From IMG/VR virus record IMGVR_UViG_3300025705_000475: a stretch of DNA of 64,000 nt; one strand, written 5' to 3'. The first letter of the stretch is position 1, and every line of letters begins with the position of its first letter. The notes beneath the pieces were generated by a model. It had not been told where the DNA came from. It did not search any database and was given only the letters and a program-made list of their open reading frames with translations. The DNA comes from an uncultured virus (IMG/VR IMGVR_UViG_3300025705_000475). Lineage: Duplodnaviria; Heunggongvirae; Uroviricota; Caudoviricetes. A program made the position numbers and the translations under genes. This document shows positions 30,372 through 41,704 of this stretch, one piece after another.

Positions 30372-32390
30372 ATGATAGAAGAAGTAGACCCAAACGAAAA
30401 GGGTGGTCGTAACCCTAAAGAAGTGAGTAACTCTAAAACACCTGTGTTAGATAATTTTTCTCGTGACCTAATTAAACATGCTGAACAAGGTAAACTTGAC
30501 CCTGTTGTTGGTCGTGAGAGAGAAATTAATCGTATCGCACAAATCCTTTCCCGTAGAAAGAAAAACAACCCAATTATCATTGGTGAACCAGGAGCGGGTA
30601 AAACAGCCATAGTAGAAGGTTTAGCTATGAAAATTTTTGAAGGTGATTGTCCTCAAAACTTATGTGATAAAAGAATAGTATCATTAGATATGACATCTAT
30701 TGTCGCTGGAACTAAATATCGTGGACAATTTGAAGAAAGATTAAAAGTTATCTTAGATGAGTTATATGAAAACCCTGAAATAATTGTCTTCATTGATGAG
30801 ATACACACTATTATTGGTGCAGGTAACTCTTCAGGTTCGTTAGATGCGTCTAATATATTTAAACCGGCATTAGCAAGGGGTGAACTCCAATGTATTGGGG
30901 CAACAACTCTTGATGAGTACCGAGAGAATATTGAAAAAGATGGTGCACTTGAGCGTCGTTTTCAGAAAGTAGTAGTTGACGGTGCAACACCTAAAGAGAC
31001 ATTAATAATTTTACAGAATTTAAAATCAAGGTATGAATTTCACCATAAAGTAAGTTATAGTGATGAATCGTTAGAGGCTTGTGTGACCTTAGCAGGTAGA
31101 TATATTACTGATAGAGAATTTCCTGATAAGGCAATTGATATTATGGATGAGGTAGGTGCCAGTGCACAAATCAATGTTAAATTACCTGAAGTTATTGAAA
31201 AGTTGAAGGAACAAGCATCATCTATAAAAGATGAGAAAATACAAGTCGTGAAATCTCAACAATATGAGAAAGCTGCAGAACTTAGGGATAAGGAGAAAAA
31301 GATTCTAAAGAAATTAGATTCGGAAAAGGTTAAGTTTGAAAAACAAAAGGATGTTACACGTAAACCAATAACTGAAGATATGGTTTATAATGTAGTCGCA
31401 ACTATGACTAAAATTCCAGTTAGTCGTTTAAACAATGATGAAAAAGAATCTTTACTAAATCTTGAAGATAATCTCAATACCACAGTAATTGGTCAAGAAT
31501 TGGCGGTTCAAAAGATTTCAAAGGCGATACGTAGAAATCGTGTAGGAATTAAAGACCCAAATAGACCAATAGGTTCTTTTATCTTCTTAGGTTCTACCGG
31601 TATAGGTAAAACTCATTTAGCTAAACAATTAGCTAAAGAAATTTTTGGAGATGAGGATGCGTTAATAAGAATGGATATGTCTGAATATCAAGAAAAATAT
31701 ACGATGTCTAGACTTATTGGTTCACCTCCCGGATATGTCGGTCATGACCAAGGAGGACAATTAACTGAAGCAGTTAAGAATAAACCATATTCCGTAGTTT
31801 TGTTTGATGAAATTGAAAAGGCTAATAAAGATATATTCTCACTACTCTTACAAATGATGGATGATGGTCACCTTACAGATAGTTTCGGTCGTAAAATAAA
31901 TTTCAAAAATTGTTTGATAATTATGACTTCTAACTTAGGAGTTAAAAAACTTCAAGATTTCGGTACAGGTGTTGGTTTTGAAACAACAAACAGAATGTCG
32001 AATAATGAAGAAATGAAAAAAGCTCTCCTTCAGAAAGAGTTAAAAAATCATTTTACTCCTGAATTTTTAAATCGTGTTGACGAAGTGGTGGTATTTAACC
32101 CACTAAAAGAAAAAGAAGTTTCACAAATAGTTGAGATTGAATTACTAAAATTAACAACACGTTTAGAAGATATGAACTACAATATCACTATTAGTGATAC
32201 AGTTAAGGAATTCATCTCAAATGTTGGATTCGATGAAAAATATGGAGCACGTCCGATTAAAAGAGCGATTCAAGAAAAGATTGAAGACTTAATATCTGAA
32301 GAGGTATTACGTGGTACAATCACTGAAGACAAACCATTTGTTCTTGATATGAAAGATGAAGAAGAACTTATTGTAAAGAAAGGGAATTAA
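30372..32390 (+). CDS. clpC: ClpC-type AAA+ ATPase lacking the N-terminal domain
   Basis: Two Walker A motifs ([16 protein letters not shown]), UVR M-domain [21 protein letters not shown], ClpP-docking GVGF. Confidence 0.9.
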   Translation: MIEEVDPNEKGGRNPKEVSNSKTPVLDNFSRDLIKHAEQGKLDPVVGREREINRIAQILSRRKKNNPIIIGEPGAGKTAIVEGLAMKIFEGDCPQNLCDKRIVSLDMTSIVAGTKYRGQFEERLKVILDELYENPEIIVFIDEIHTIIGAGNSSGSLDASNIFKPALARGELQCIGATTLDEYRENIEKDGALERRFQKVVVDGATPKETLIILQNLKSRYEFHHKVSYSDESLEACVTLAGRYITDREFPDKAIDIMDEVGASAQINVKLPEVIEKLKEQASSIKDEKIQVVKSQQYEKAAELRDKEKKILKKLDSEKVKFEKQKDVTRKPITEDMVYNVVATMTKIPVSRLNNDEKESLLNLEDNLNTTVIGQELAVQKISKAIRRNRVGIKDPNRPIGSFIFLGSTGIGKTHLAKQLAKEIFGDEDALIRMDMSEYQEKYTMSRLIGSPPGYVGHDQGGQLTEAVKNKPYSVVLFDEIEKANKDIFSLLLQMMDDGHLTDSFGRKINFKNCLIIMTSNLGVKKLQDFGTGVGFETTNRMSNNEEMKKALLQKELKNHFTPEFLNRVDEVVVFNPLKEKEVSQIVEIELLKLTTRLEDMNYNITISDTVKEFISNVGFDEKYGARPIKRAIQEKIEDLISEEVLRGTITEDKPFVLDMKDEEELIVKKGN

Positions 32391-32452
32391 TTTTCCCTTT
32401 TCTTTTTTATTTGAAGAATAAATTGTATATTTGTACTCTAAATAATAAACAA

Positions 32453-33565
32453 ATGGATAATACACGACTCAATAGACTAAAAGAAGTACTATCAGTACCA
32501 ACAAAAACGTATCAGGAAGAAAATATGGTACAATACCTACGCGACGTATTGGATGCAATGCCCGATGTTGAGTATTATACTGACGACATGAATAATGTCT
32601 ACGCCACTAAAGGTACTTTAAATGAGGGTGAGTATTATCCAATGTTTATTGCCCACACAGACACAGTACATAGTTTGGTCGATGAAATAGTTGTTCAAGA
32701 AGAATCACTTATCAAACCCAACACCTTTGGACATACTTACGGTGATGAAGAATTTCTATCCCTAAAGGGTTATACACCAAACGGTAGTCCAACAGGTATT
32801 GGTGGAGATGATAAGTGTGGTGTTTTTATCGCATTAGAACTTTTAAGAGCCCTACCCAAAGTTAAAGTTGGACTATTTGTGTCCGAAGAAACAGGGTGTC
32901 ACGGTTCGAGTAAATGTGATATTAACTTCTTGAACGATGTGGGTTACGCGGTTCAATTTGACGCACCTGGAAATAACTTAATTACTGAGGTATGTTCAGG
33001 AACAAGATTGTACGAAAAGGATGGGGATTTTATTAATAAAGCTTTACCACTTTTTAATGAAATTATGGGGGTTAATGCCGACCCACAATCTCACCCATAT
33101 ACTGATGTCTCTCAGATTAAACGTAAAGGGGATTTTAGTTGTATTAATTTCTCATGTGGTTATTACAATATGCACACAGAGAATGAATTTGTAGTTGTAG
33201 ATGATGTTAACAGAGCGGTAGAATTTTCTATTAAATTAGTTAATAGACTTGAAAATAAGAAATATATCTATGAGTACGAAAAACCTAATTATAACGACTA
33301 CGGGACTCTATTTGATGTTAATGATGACGTTTTAGGTGAGTGGGACGACTATGAAGAAGAGACCTATGAATTAGAAAATATCACAGTAACCGATTACAAA
33401 GAAGGGTTATCAATTGAATCTAAGTTTACTGGTGACGTTATCTATATGGATGAAAGTGAAGTGGGGGAACTCTATGAAATTTTAAGAGAAAAATTACTGT
33501 CAATGAATTATCAAGACGAACTTGATGAGGCTTCGGCAGAAGGTTCTACAAGATTTTTTAATTAA
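32453..33565 (+). CDS. M20/M28/M42-clan zinc peptidase
   Basis: AHTDTVH, GGDDKCG, SEETGC, QFD, YYNMHT. Confidence 0.8.
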   Translation: MDNTRLNRLKEVLSVPTKTYQEENMVQYLRDVLDAMPDVEYYTDDMNNVYATKGTLNEGEYYPMFIAHTDTVHSLVDEIVVQEESLIKPNTFGHTYGDEEFLSLKGYTPNGSPTGIGGDDKCGVFIALELLRALPKVKVGLFVSEETGCHGSSKCDINFLNDVGYAVQFDAPGNNLITEVCSGTRLYEKDGDFINKALPLFNEIMGVNADPQSHPYTDVSQIKRKGDFSCINFSCGYYNMHTENEFVVVDDVNRAVEFSIKLVNRLENKKYIYEYEKPNYNDYGTLFDVNDDVLGEWDDYEEETYELENITVTDYKEGLSIESKFTGDVIYMDESEVGELYEILREKLLSMNYQDELDEASAEGSTRFFN

Positions 33566-35478
33566 TCCTCAAATGGGTCAAATAATTGATAATTAGAAAT
33601 CAACTTCTCTATTGTCGATAATTTGGCCCTTCCTTTTTTAAGTTTCCATTGGGGGTTATTTCTACGTAGTTCAAAATCTATTTTATTATCTTCAGGTTTT
33701 ATCCCTTTTATTTCTATCGTAACATCACCATTAGGACCATTTAAAGTTTCAACTTTTATTTTTTCGTTAAAACCAAACTTTTTTTCTACCACATTAAAAA
33801 TTCTTTTATATTCCTCAATATCTACATAGTCATCAGACTCCTCAATTTTTTCAAGTAAATTATCTAAAGCAGAGTCCATAGGGCTATCAAAATAATACTT
33901 AAAGGTTTCCTCATCTACGTGTTCATACGCCATATTGTGAGGTTCTTCAGTATTCATACTGATATTTTCATCCATATACCACTCTAACATTTCTTTTAAA
34001 CTCAAAGATTTACTGTACTCGATATTACTGTCATACATTTTTATTAAATCATCGATTGATACTGAGTATTTATAGAAACATGTATCTTCTAGTTTAAACC
34101 CTTCAGGTTCATATAAGTTACACAACTCATCTGTAAGTGCCTTTTGGACACCTATTTTCATAGATTCGTCTTGAGCGTTACCATACGCATCATCAAAACT
34201 TTCGTAGAAATCGTTATCAAAATTCATTAAAAAATCACCCATTTTGGATAAAGGGAAATTATCAGTATCAACTAATGATAAATTGTATAACTCATAATAA
34301 TCCTTTAAATCTTTACCTAACTCTTTGAATTTTTTTAACTTTTCTCTTGATACGTTTGGAGAAGTTTTGAATGAACCTTTAAATTTATCACCAAGTAATT
34401 CAAGTATTTTTTTTAATGTTTTTAGGTGTGATGAATTAAGTGAGTGCAAAGGGTACCCTTCTTTCATGTCTTCACCAAAATTATAACGGTCATAATAATA
34501 ATTATCCATACCGTAAGGTAGTTCAATAGCGTTTGAGTAACTACTAAGTTCATAGTCTTCTAACTGTTCGTTCATTATAGAAAGAAACTCTTCAGCTCCT
34601 TCAAATCTAAGGTATACTTGCTCAGTATCCATATAATTAAAATATCGTGCGGTAAGTGTTTGTTTTGAGGCCTTTAATTTACCCTCTTTAACTTTAATTA
34701 ATTTTTCGTAATCAGTATTACCTTTAAGTATTTTTTTAAGTACTTCAGAAATCGGCTCAAATCTATCAAGTAAAAAATCTTCACTCCTTTGATTATCTTT
34801 TTGGTCATAAATCCAAATATTACCATTTTCATTAATATTAATGGCCATTTTACCTAAAGTTTCGTCACTAGACTGTTTATCAATTACGTAAACTAATACA
34901 CCAGAATCACCATATCGATTAAAATAACTTCGATTATCTTTAGACGCCGTACACCATTTAGTATTCGCACCATAGTAACATGACGCATCATGACTATAAG
35001 GTCTTACTACTAAAAATCTACTATCCTCATAAAGTTTATCAGTATCTTTTATGGCCTCTCTTTCTAATTCTCTATCTTTTTTCTTTTTGTCCATTGCAGA
35101 TAAGACCGTTTGTAACTCCCAATATGACTTATATCTGTGTATATCTTTAGGGGCACCTTTTATATATGTGTCATTAATACCTGAATGTAATTTTTTAGCT
35201 AAATCAATATCTTTATCAGTAATTGTTAATGATAGGTCGTGGAAAGTATTAATTAAATCTGTAATTTGAGTGATAACATCGGGAAGAGATGCTCCATCAT
35301 TAATTTTCATGAATTCAATTACTTGTTTAATAGTCCACTCAGAATACTTCTTAGTACTCGATGGGTCACTATCAATAATCTTAGATATAAAATCATTATC
35401 TTTGTATATTGGCTCATCACCATACTTAGAAATAAGATTCTCTTTTTTACCTTCGTTTAATAATGTACTGAATTTCAT
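33562..35478 (-). CDS. large hypothetical late protein (ASCYYGANTKWCT motif)
   Basis: 638 aa; MKFSTLLNE leader; TATTTAT upstream. Confidence 0.7.
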   Translation of the reverse strand: MKFSTLLNEGKKENLISKYGDEPIYKDNDFISKIIDSDPSSTKKYSEWTIKQVIEFMKINDGASLPDVITQITDLINTFHDLSLTITDKDIDLAKKLHSGINDTYIKGAPKDIHRYKSYWELQTVLSAMDKKKKDRELEREAIKDTDKLYEDSRFLVVRPYSHDASCYYGANTKWCTASKDNRSYFNRYGDSGVLVYVIDKQSSDETLGKMAININENGNIWIYDQKDNQRSEDFLLDRFEPISEVLKKILKGNTDYEKLIKVKEGKLKASKQTLTARYFNYMDTEQVYLRFEGAEEFLSIMNEQLEDYELSSYSNAIELPYGMDNYYYDRYNFGEDMKEGYPLHSLNSSHLKTLKKILELLGDKFKGSFKTSPNVSREKLKKFKELGKDLKDYYELYNLSLVDTDNFPLSKMGDFLMNFDNDFYESFDDAYGNAQDESMKIGVQKALTDELCNLYEPEGFKLEDTCFYKYSVSIDDLIKMYDSNIEYSKSLSLKEMLEWYMDENISMNTEEPHNMAYEHVDEETFKYYFDSPMDSALDNLLEKIEESDDYVDIEEYKRIFNVVEKKFGFNEKIKVETLNGPNGDVTIEIKGIKPEDNKIDFELRRNNPQWKLKKGRAKLSTIEKLISNYQLFDPFED

Positions 35479-35543
35479 TTAAAACTTTTATAATAAATAG
35501 TATATTAATAGGATAATTGGTTTTAAAGGCTTATATTTGTTAT

Positions 35544-36074
35544 ATGAAAAAGATACTACTAATATTACTAACACTTATTTCTATCGTAAGTTACTCACAG
35601 GACTTAGGTGAAATACAAAGACATTTACTGAATTTAGTGAATGAAGAGAGAAGTAATAGAGGTTTAAGTACTTTTGTAACCGACACACTAATAAATAATG
35701 GGGCTAAAATACAAGCGAATTATTTAAGTACAATAAGAAGTTACAAACAAGTCTCTCACACCAACCCTAACTTAAAATATAAAACCGCATCTGATAGAAT
35801 TAAAATTGCAAGTGATTCAAAATATGACATATCATCGGAAAATGTGACCGCATTTACCTATCACTCATCTAAAACAGATTTAGAAATTGCCACACAAGCA
35901 CATAATAATTTTATGAATTCAAAATACCATAAAATGAATGTTTTAACGGAAAATGGTGACTACTTTAATAGTGGTACTATCTCACCGAGATATTATGGTC
36001 ACTACGTAGTTTACAATAAAAAACTGAATGCAATTATTGTAGTTCAAATGTTTCCACGTCTAAATTATAATTAA
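35544..36074 (+). CDS. secreted CAP/SCP-domain protein
   Basis: Signal peptide MKKILLILL..SYSQ; LVNEER..RGL, SH, ENV, FMNSKYHKMNVL. Confidence 0.75.
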   Translation: MKKILLILLTLISIVSYSQDLGEIQRHLLNLVNEERSNRGLSTFVTDTLINNGAKIQANYLSTIRSYKQVSHTNPNLKYKTASDRIKIASDSKYDISSENVTAFTYHSSKTDLEIATQAHNNFMNSKYHKMNVLTENGDYFNSGTISPRYYGHYVVYNKKLNAIIVVQMFPRLNYN

Positions 36075-37321
36075 CCTCTTCTTTGATTAGAGAACGTAAA
36101 GATTATATCTTTTAAATAAGCAACTTTAATCTCCTCACCATCCACCACTGCAGTTCTAACGGCAGATTTAGTAGTAATTTTTGGAGAATAGTAACTTATT
36201 GGACCATCAGTTGCCGGATTTGGATTTGTAGTCCCTCTCATCGGTTCTTGTGTACCTAACATACCAACTAACTTTCCGTCAACCATGAAACCACTATTGG
36301 TAAGTTTAGCATCTAAGACTCCGTTAAACGCCCAATCAATACCTAACTCATCTGCACGTTTAACACTAAGTGCCAAATGCCAAGTACCATTACCGTAATC
36401 GTCCCAAACTCTATAACCTTCTCTATATTTACCTACTCCGTCAGTATAAACAGGAACCATCCACTTTGTTGACTCATTCTTAATATTTTTACCAGGTGTT
36501 TTTTCCCCATCAATTTTTAATTCATTTTTTACTGAATGTTGTTCAGCATTTGGTTCTAAAGTGATTTTTCTAAATTCCTCACCTCTTTTACCGTCACCTT
36601 GTCCATAGAAGTTATCACCCTTTTTTACTATAATTTTTAAATCAAATCCTGTTTTTTCTTTAATTGCATTAATTAAAGCTTGTGCGTATTGATTAGCCCT
36701 CATATCAGCCAAATACTGATTCATTTCTTTAGGGTCAGTTTTACCGTTATATGGTTTTGCGCTTGGGTGGTCTAATTTAGAATACCCACTTGGTACCTTT
36801 AACGTAGGTGTACCTGAATCGGCACTACCCTTAATTGTTACGTTAGTTAATTTATCTCCTCCACCCGCATTGATATAATCCTTAAATGTCTCAACAATTT
36901 TTCTAAATTGTTCTTGAGCGTCAGGGTACTTATCAAAGTAAGGCATGACCATATTATCAGCATATGGAAGACTACTTCCAGCTATGTCATATGTTGGAAT
37001 GGTAATTACTACGTCAGGTGGTGTTTCTTTACCTGGTATCGCCTTACCCCCACCGACTAATTTAGTAATATATCTAATATCATAATTACCTTCACCTACA
37101 TTTACCGCTAATGGGTTTGTTGGGTTAACATCAAAGTTAAGTGAACCGGAAACTTCCTGATTCCAATTTTCGGACCTACCCTTCTGTTCATATTTCTTTC
37201 GGTCTCGTTTAGAGAACTTTTTTCTATCACCAGTTAAATCACCTCTTCTCTGTTCTTCAATTACTTGTTTTACGATATTTTCAATATCCCCTTCCGTTAA
37301 CTTTATATTTCTTTTAGCCAT
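36071..37321 (-). CDS. late protein with OmpA-like peptidoglycan-binding region
   Basis: VTIKGSADS...NQYLADMRA...FRKITL resembles the OmpA C-domain; N-terminal LTE leader. Confidence 0.5.
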   Translation of the reverse strand: MAKRNIKLTEGDIENIVKQVIEEQRRGDLTGDRKKFSKRDRKKYEQKGRSENWNQEVSGSLNFDVNPTNPLAVNVGEGNYDIRYITKLVGGGKAIPGKETPPDVVITIPTYDIAGSSLPYADNMVMPYFDKYPDAQEQFRKIVETFKDYINAGGGDKLTNVTIKGSADSGTPTLKVPSGYSKLDHPSAKPYNGKTDPKEMNQYLADMRANQYAQALINAIKEKTGFDLKIIVKKGDNFYGQGDGKRGEEFRKITLEPNAEQHSVKNELKIDGEKTPGKNIKNESTKWMVPVYTDGVGKYREGYRVWDDYGNGTWHLALSVKRADELGIDWAFNGVLDAKLTNSGFMVDGKLVGMLGTQEPMRGTTNPNPATDGPISYYSPKITTKSAVRTAVVDGEEIKVAYLKDIIFTFSNQRRG

Positions 37322-37393
37322 TTTTAATGTATTTTTATTATAAATAGTTTCTTATTATAAAAAAAGTATTTATATTTGTACCAAGAAACAAAT

Positions 37394-37405
37394 GTTCTTT
37401 GAAAA
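37394..37405 (+). promoter_or_regulatory. boxA-like antitermination element before the tmRNA
   Basis: GTTCTTTGAAAA between the TATATTTG promoter and the tmRNA 5' end. Confidence 0.5.
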
Positions 37406-37408
37406 TAT

Positions 37409-37798
37409 GGGGGCGAATGGAATTGATTGGCAGGGTCAGTTATACGGGGCACGTAGTCAAACTTCATCTATGACTTAAATCTATGATGGAAATTTTTTAG
37501 ACGGCAACGTACTAAACAAAATGTCAGCTCTAGGTTTACTTAGAACTGAACAAGTAGCTGTAGCGTAAGACGTTAACAGTGAAGAGGGGTCGGTCAGGAC
37601 ATATACCTTTCAACAGAAGTCCGTTGTGTGGTGGAAAAACGATTAAACCCTAAATTGAATCGTACATCTATTGTTAGTGGAGGATGTAAAAATTGAACTA
37701 AATATTACGGAACATTGTGAATTAATGTTGTCCTAAACGTGTAGTCCTTTATGGGTGGACTGAACAAGACGCGGGTTCGAATCCCGCCGCCTCCACCA
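37409..37798 (+). ncRNA. ssrA: tmRNA
   Basis: GGGGGCG/CGCCTCC-ACCA acceptor stem with G3:U, T-arm GCGGGTTCGAATCCCGC, tag ORF 37503-37568 GNVLNKMSALGLLRTEQVAVA*. Confidence 0.92.
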
Positions 37799-37801
37799 TT
37801 T

Positions 37802-37840
37802 AAATGCCAATTAAATTAATTTTAGTTGGCATTTTTTTTT
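37802..37840 (+). terminator. tmRNA terminator
   Basis: AAATGCCAATTAAA...TTTAGTTGGCATTT followed by a T run. Confidence 0.75.
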
Positions 37841-37907
37841 GATATATGGTAAAAAGGCTTATCTTTGTAGGGTAATCATCAGTAATCACCATAAAAAAAA
37901 TATCATC

Positions 37908-38657
37908 ATGACAGTAACAGGAATCAACATCGAAGAAAAAGTAAGAAACTACCAAGGAGCAAACACATTCATTCAAAAATTACAACCATCACTTTTAAAG
38001 TGGGGTCGTCTAACACCAAAACAATACGAAGTGGCTAAAAAACTAATCATGAAAGAAGTACGTCAGGGAGAAGTTAAAATTGAAGAACTACCTATGGAAT
38101 TAAAGGCTATCGTACAATACACAGGAGAATCTAACTTCGTTAATGACCTAAAAGTTAAATACAAAAAATACCGTCAGTTGACTGAAAAACAAGTTTCTGC
38201 TGGTTACAAAGCGATTGACCGTGAGACTCAAAAAGACTCTCAAAAAGAGTTGAACATAAAATTGGTTGGTAATACAATCAAACTCGGTCGCAAAATCGCT
38301 CTAAGTATCAAAGAGAACTACGATATGGATTTCCACCCAATCTTAGTTGATGTTACAGAAGTGATGACTATCTCTAACAAAGCCTTCAAATTGAAAGCTA
38401 AACTCACAAAGGACAACGCAGGTATCTGCAGATGTTGTGGACGAACTCTTACTGATGAGATGTCCCAAGTTACAGGTATCGGTCCGGTATGTGCAGGGTA
38501 CGTAGGTGTTAAACACCCAAAGAACTCTAATGATGTTGCCAAGTTCAAAGAGGACATGTCCAACAAAATCGATGAAATCGGAGAATTCGAATTCTGGATT
38601 CCAAAACGAGCAATCATCGAATGGAAAGGGACGGCAGGAGTAATGTTGAGATGGTAG
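37908..38657 (+). CDS. early protein with DUF6011-like zinc finger
   Basis: CRCCGRTLTDEMSQVTGIGPVCA; TATCTTTG promoter upstream. Confidence 0.7.
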   Translation: MTVTGINIEEKVRNYQGANTFIQKLQPSLLKWGRLTPKQYEVAKKLIMKEVRQGEVKIEELPMELKAIVQYTGESNFVNDLKVKYKKYRQLTEKQVSAGYKAIDRETQKDSQKELNIKLVGNTIKLGRKIALSIKENYDMDFHPILVDVTEVMTISNKAFKLKAKLTKDNAGICRCCGRTLTDEMSQVTGIGPVCAGYVGVKHPKNSNDVAKFKEDMSNKIDEIGEFEFWIPKRAIIEWKGTAGVMLRW

Positions 38658-38687
38658 AAAGAGTGGGGGGAGTGATGACCCCCCATT

Positions 38688-39437
38688 TTATTTTAAATCT
38701 TCTTCAGTTGGTTCTGTTAGTGAATTACCCGCACTCATGTAACGAGTCTGATAAGTATAATCTTCTTTAGTTGCAATAGCATTCAAATTAGACGTGTAGA
38801 GCTCTCTTAAATCTTTTCGGGGGTGAGTAGTCGTAACGGCAGATAAAAACTCGTCAGACACTATTATATTCTTTTTTAGGGTATCTAAATGGTCCTCCAC
38901 TAACTTCCTTAACCCTTCCTTATTTAATATGTAAGTGTGTGTGTTATAAAAATAAGAAGGTCGTATGAAATGTTCTTTACCTATTTCGTAAGAACTATGT
39001 ATGTTTGGGAAATTCCCATGTAATGGGTTATGTGACATTAAACATAAGTCCCATTGATAATCGATAAGTTCTTCGAATATAGACCATTGTAATGTACCGT
39101 CAGTGTCGAAATCATCCTCAAGTATCATTATGTTTTCATACCCATTTAAATAAGCGTCTTCCCAACACATAGTATGTGAAATCATACCACCAGCCTCACC
39201 ATACGTGGTGGGTCTTTCCCACCAATGCCAATTAGGATTTAAATCTGAAATGTCCCAATTATGGTATAACTCATAACCTAAATCAGTTTCAGTTTTTAAA
39301 CGAGTACCTAAAAATGCATCAATAATGAATACTGGAGTGTTGTAAGGTAAAGGTATTTTACTCAACCTGTTGTATAGGTCTTGTATATATTCTTCACTGT
39401 GGTCTAAAGAAATAACATATACTTGGTCTAATTTCAT
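38688..39437 (-). CDS. glycosyltransferase family 25
   Basis: YVISL, GEAGGMISH..CW, IMILEDD, THTYILN. Confidence 0.8.
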   Translation of the reverse strand: MKLDQVYVISLDHSEEYIQDLYNRLSKIPLPYNTPVFIIDAFLGTRLKTETDLGYELYHNWDISDLNPNWHWWERPTTYGEAGGMISHTMCWEDAYLNGYENIMILEDDFDTDGTLQWSIFEELIDYQWDLCLMSHNPLHGNFPNIHSSYEIGKEHFIRPSYFYNTHTYILNKEGLRKLVEDHLDTLKKNIIVSDEFLSAVTTTHPRKDLRELYTSNLNAIATKEDYTYQTRYMSAGNSLTEPTEEDLK

Positions 39438-39629
39438 GGAAGTACTTTTTATTATAAAATATATTACTTACGAATAAATTAAAGGATTACCCATATAAAA
39501 TTTAAAGCACCATTACAAAAATACATATAAAGTTTTTAACCACAAAATTATAAGACCATTAAAATAAAAAAAGGTACCGTTTCCGATACCTTTTAATAGA
39601 TTGAATTACCCCCTTTTTCTTAAAAAAGT

Positions 39630-40232
39630 TTATGAAAGCATATTATCTCTAATGTCTTTCAACTTTAATTCCATGTTGGAATTAACGTCCCCTATAACAG
39701 GCTTTAACTTATCGACAAACGTGTCTTCAAGTTTTTTGACCATATCTGAGTTGTCTGTACTCACCATTGAATATTTACTACCCATATCTTCGGAGTATGC
39801 TTGAGCTATTTTTTGAGCCAAAAATCTTGGGTCATTAAATAATTCAGATACTTCGTCCATTTCAGTGTTACCTATAGCACTAACTAATATTTCTTGTTCA
39901 ATATCAGTAAGTTGTAACTTACTTTTTAAGTATTCAGCCAATTTTTCTTTAACTATGTCAAGAAAACGAGGACCTTCCTCATCAAACATTTGACTTAATA
40001 CTTGAACCATATTTTCATTAATTACTTTCTGATTAATACCATGAGACTTTAATGTTCTCACTTCATTAAACAGTACATTAAACGTTTTATTATTTTGTAT
40101 TGTGGAGTGTTTATTTATATTTTTAGGTACCATAGAGAATCTACCTTTAACTATTTTTTCTTCAGTTAATGATACCTTTTTTTCTTCTTGTAAAATTTGA
40201 ATGTTTCTTCTTATTGAATCTTGTATACCCAT
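39630..40232 (-). CDS. hypothetical late protein
   Basis: Likely start MGIQDSIRR just after the upstream stop. Confidence 0.65.
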   Translation of the reverse strand: MGIQDSIRRNIQILQEEKKVSLTEEKIVKGRFSMVPKNINKHSTIQNNKTFNVLFNEVRTLKSHGINQKVINENMVQVLSQMFDEEGPRFLDIVKEKLAEYLKSKLQLTDIEQEILVSAIGNTEMDEVSELFNDPRFLAQKIAQAYSEDMGSKYSMVSTDNSDMVKKLEDTFVDKLKPVIGDVNSNMELKLKDIRDNMLS

Positions 40233-40236
40233 TTTA

Positions 40237-41694
40237 TTAATCTTGTTTTTTCCAAACATGAAACGATTCTGTAAATTCAGAGCTTTTCACTTTTGTCTTT
40301 TTATAGTTTGAGTCTTCAACAGGTCTCTTAAATAAATATCCCTGACCTTTAAGTTTTTCTAATATCTCTTTTTGTTTTTTTGTAAAATCATTACCAACCT
40401 CATCAGAACTAACCAAAGATGCTAAACCTTTAAGTTCTTTTTGTTTCATAACCTCCTCATAAGGTTCTTCTTTAACTGGTTGATTAACCACTAATTTAGG
40501 TTCTTCGACCTCAACCTCTTTTTTAAATTCAATATCTTTATTGATATCTCCTTTAACTATTTCAAAATCCCTATCATCAGGTCCATCGTTATTTTTAATT
40601 GAGAAGTACTGTGTCCCTACAAGACCACCTAATCCTTTTTCCTCACCAAACCCTAAATTAACATTAGAATCTTTTGGATATGAACCTAATTTAATTAGTT
40701 GACCATCTTCTTTATCAGAACCCTTAGCTCTCACTACGGCCATAACAAAACCTCTATCACCAACAATATTTTGACTATGTAAGTCTTTTAAATGTTGTTC
40801 GATATCTCTTTTATCTTGTAAATCAAATATTACTCTTTCTTTACCTTTTTCTGAAACAGTATAAAAATATATGTCTCTTAATTTTTCTTCTATTTTGTCT
40901 GATATTGATTTCATTTCTTTTTGTTCAAATATTTTATTTTCATGTAAAGATGTTGTGAAGTATTCTGTTAGTTTAATCCATCCCGGTTGACCACCTGCTT
41001 TTTCGTCATCATAAAAAAACCATTCACCATTTTCTTTCTTTAATTTAAATGGTTTATATTTACCATTTTCAACTCTACTTTCACCCTGAAAAAATAATTC
41101 ACCATTATTATCAAATAACGAGTCTTTAATTATTTTAGGTTGAGTATCACCTGATATATTTTTCCATATTGGAAAATCATCTATAATGGCACTTTTTTTA
41201 AATCCAGTACATATACCACCACCTTCTATTACGGGTTTACAAAAGTTTAAACCAACTTTGGTTGATGTTATACTACCTTCACTGTCGGTACATTTAATAC
41301 AAAAATTAGATTTCCAATTAGTAATTGGAGAATTATCGTTACCTCCATTATCATCATTGTCATCATTGTCATCATTAGGCGTGGGAGGTGGTGTGGGAGT
41401 CGTGTTATTACCTATATCAAATATACCCTCACATTTCCAATACCCAATTTTCCCTGAAGTCATGTTTTTACCCTCCCCATGGACTACACCCATGCCAGGA
41501 GGACTTACTGGTTTGTTATAAACGGTAAATTCGTATTTTAATTCATTCTTTTTTCCAATTGCCGTAATCTTTTCTTCACCTGGAGTTTTCACAACAGTTA
41601 TTTTCTTATAGCTATTGGGACTGATACATCCGTTATCCTTTGCATACTGTAACCTCTTCGACTTGATAGTTGTTTCTTGTTCTTGTATATTCAT
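40237..41694 (-). CDS. hypothetical late protein
   Basis: 485-aa ORF with a PTPPP/DDNDDN linker. Confidence 0.65.
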   Translation of the reverse strand: MNIQEQETTIKSKRLQYAKDNGCISPNSYKKITVVKTPGEEKITAIGKKNELKYEFTVYNKPVSPPGMGVVHGEGKNMTSGKIGYWKCEGIFDIGNNTTPTPPPTPNDDNDDNDDNGGNDNSPITNWKSNFCIKCTDSEGSITSTKVGLNFCKPVIEGGGICTGFKKSAIIDDFPIWKNISGDTQPKIIKDSLFDNNGELFFQGESRVENGKYKPFKLKKENGEWFFYDDEKAGGQPGWIKLTEYFTTSLHENKIFEQKEMKSISDKIEEKLRDIYFYTVSEKGKERVIFDLQDKRDIEQHLKDLHSQNIVGDRGFVMAVVRAKGSDKEDGQLIKLGSYPKDSNVNLGFGEEKGLGGLVGTQYFSIKNNDGPDDRDFEIVKGDINKDIEFKKEVEVEEPKLVVNQPVKEEPYEEVMKQKELKGLASLVSSDEVGNDFTKKQKEILEKLKGQGYLFKRPVEDSNYKKTKVKSSEFTESFHVWKKQD

Positions 41695-41704
41695 AATATT
41701 ATTA

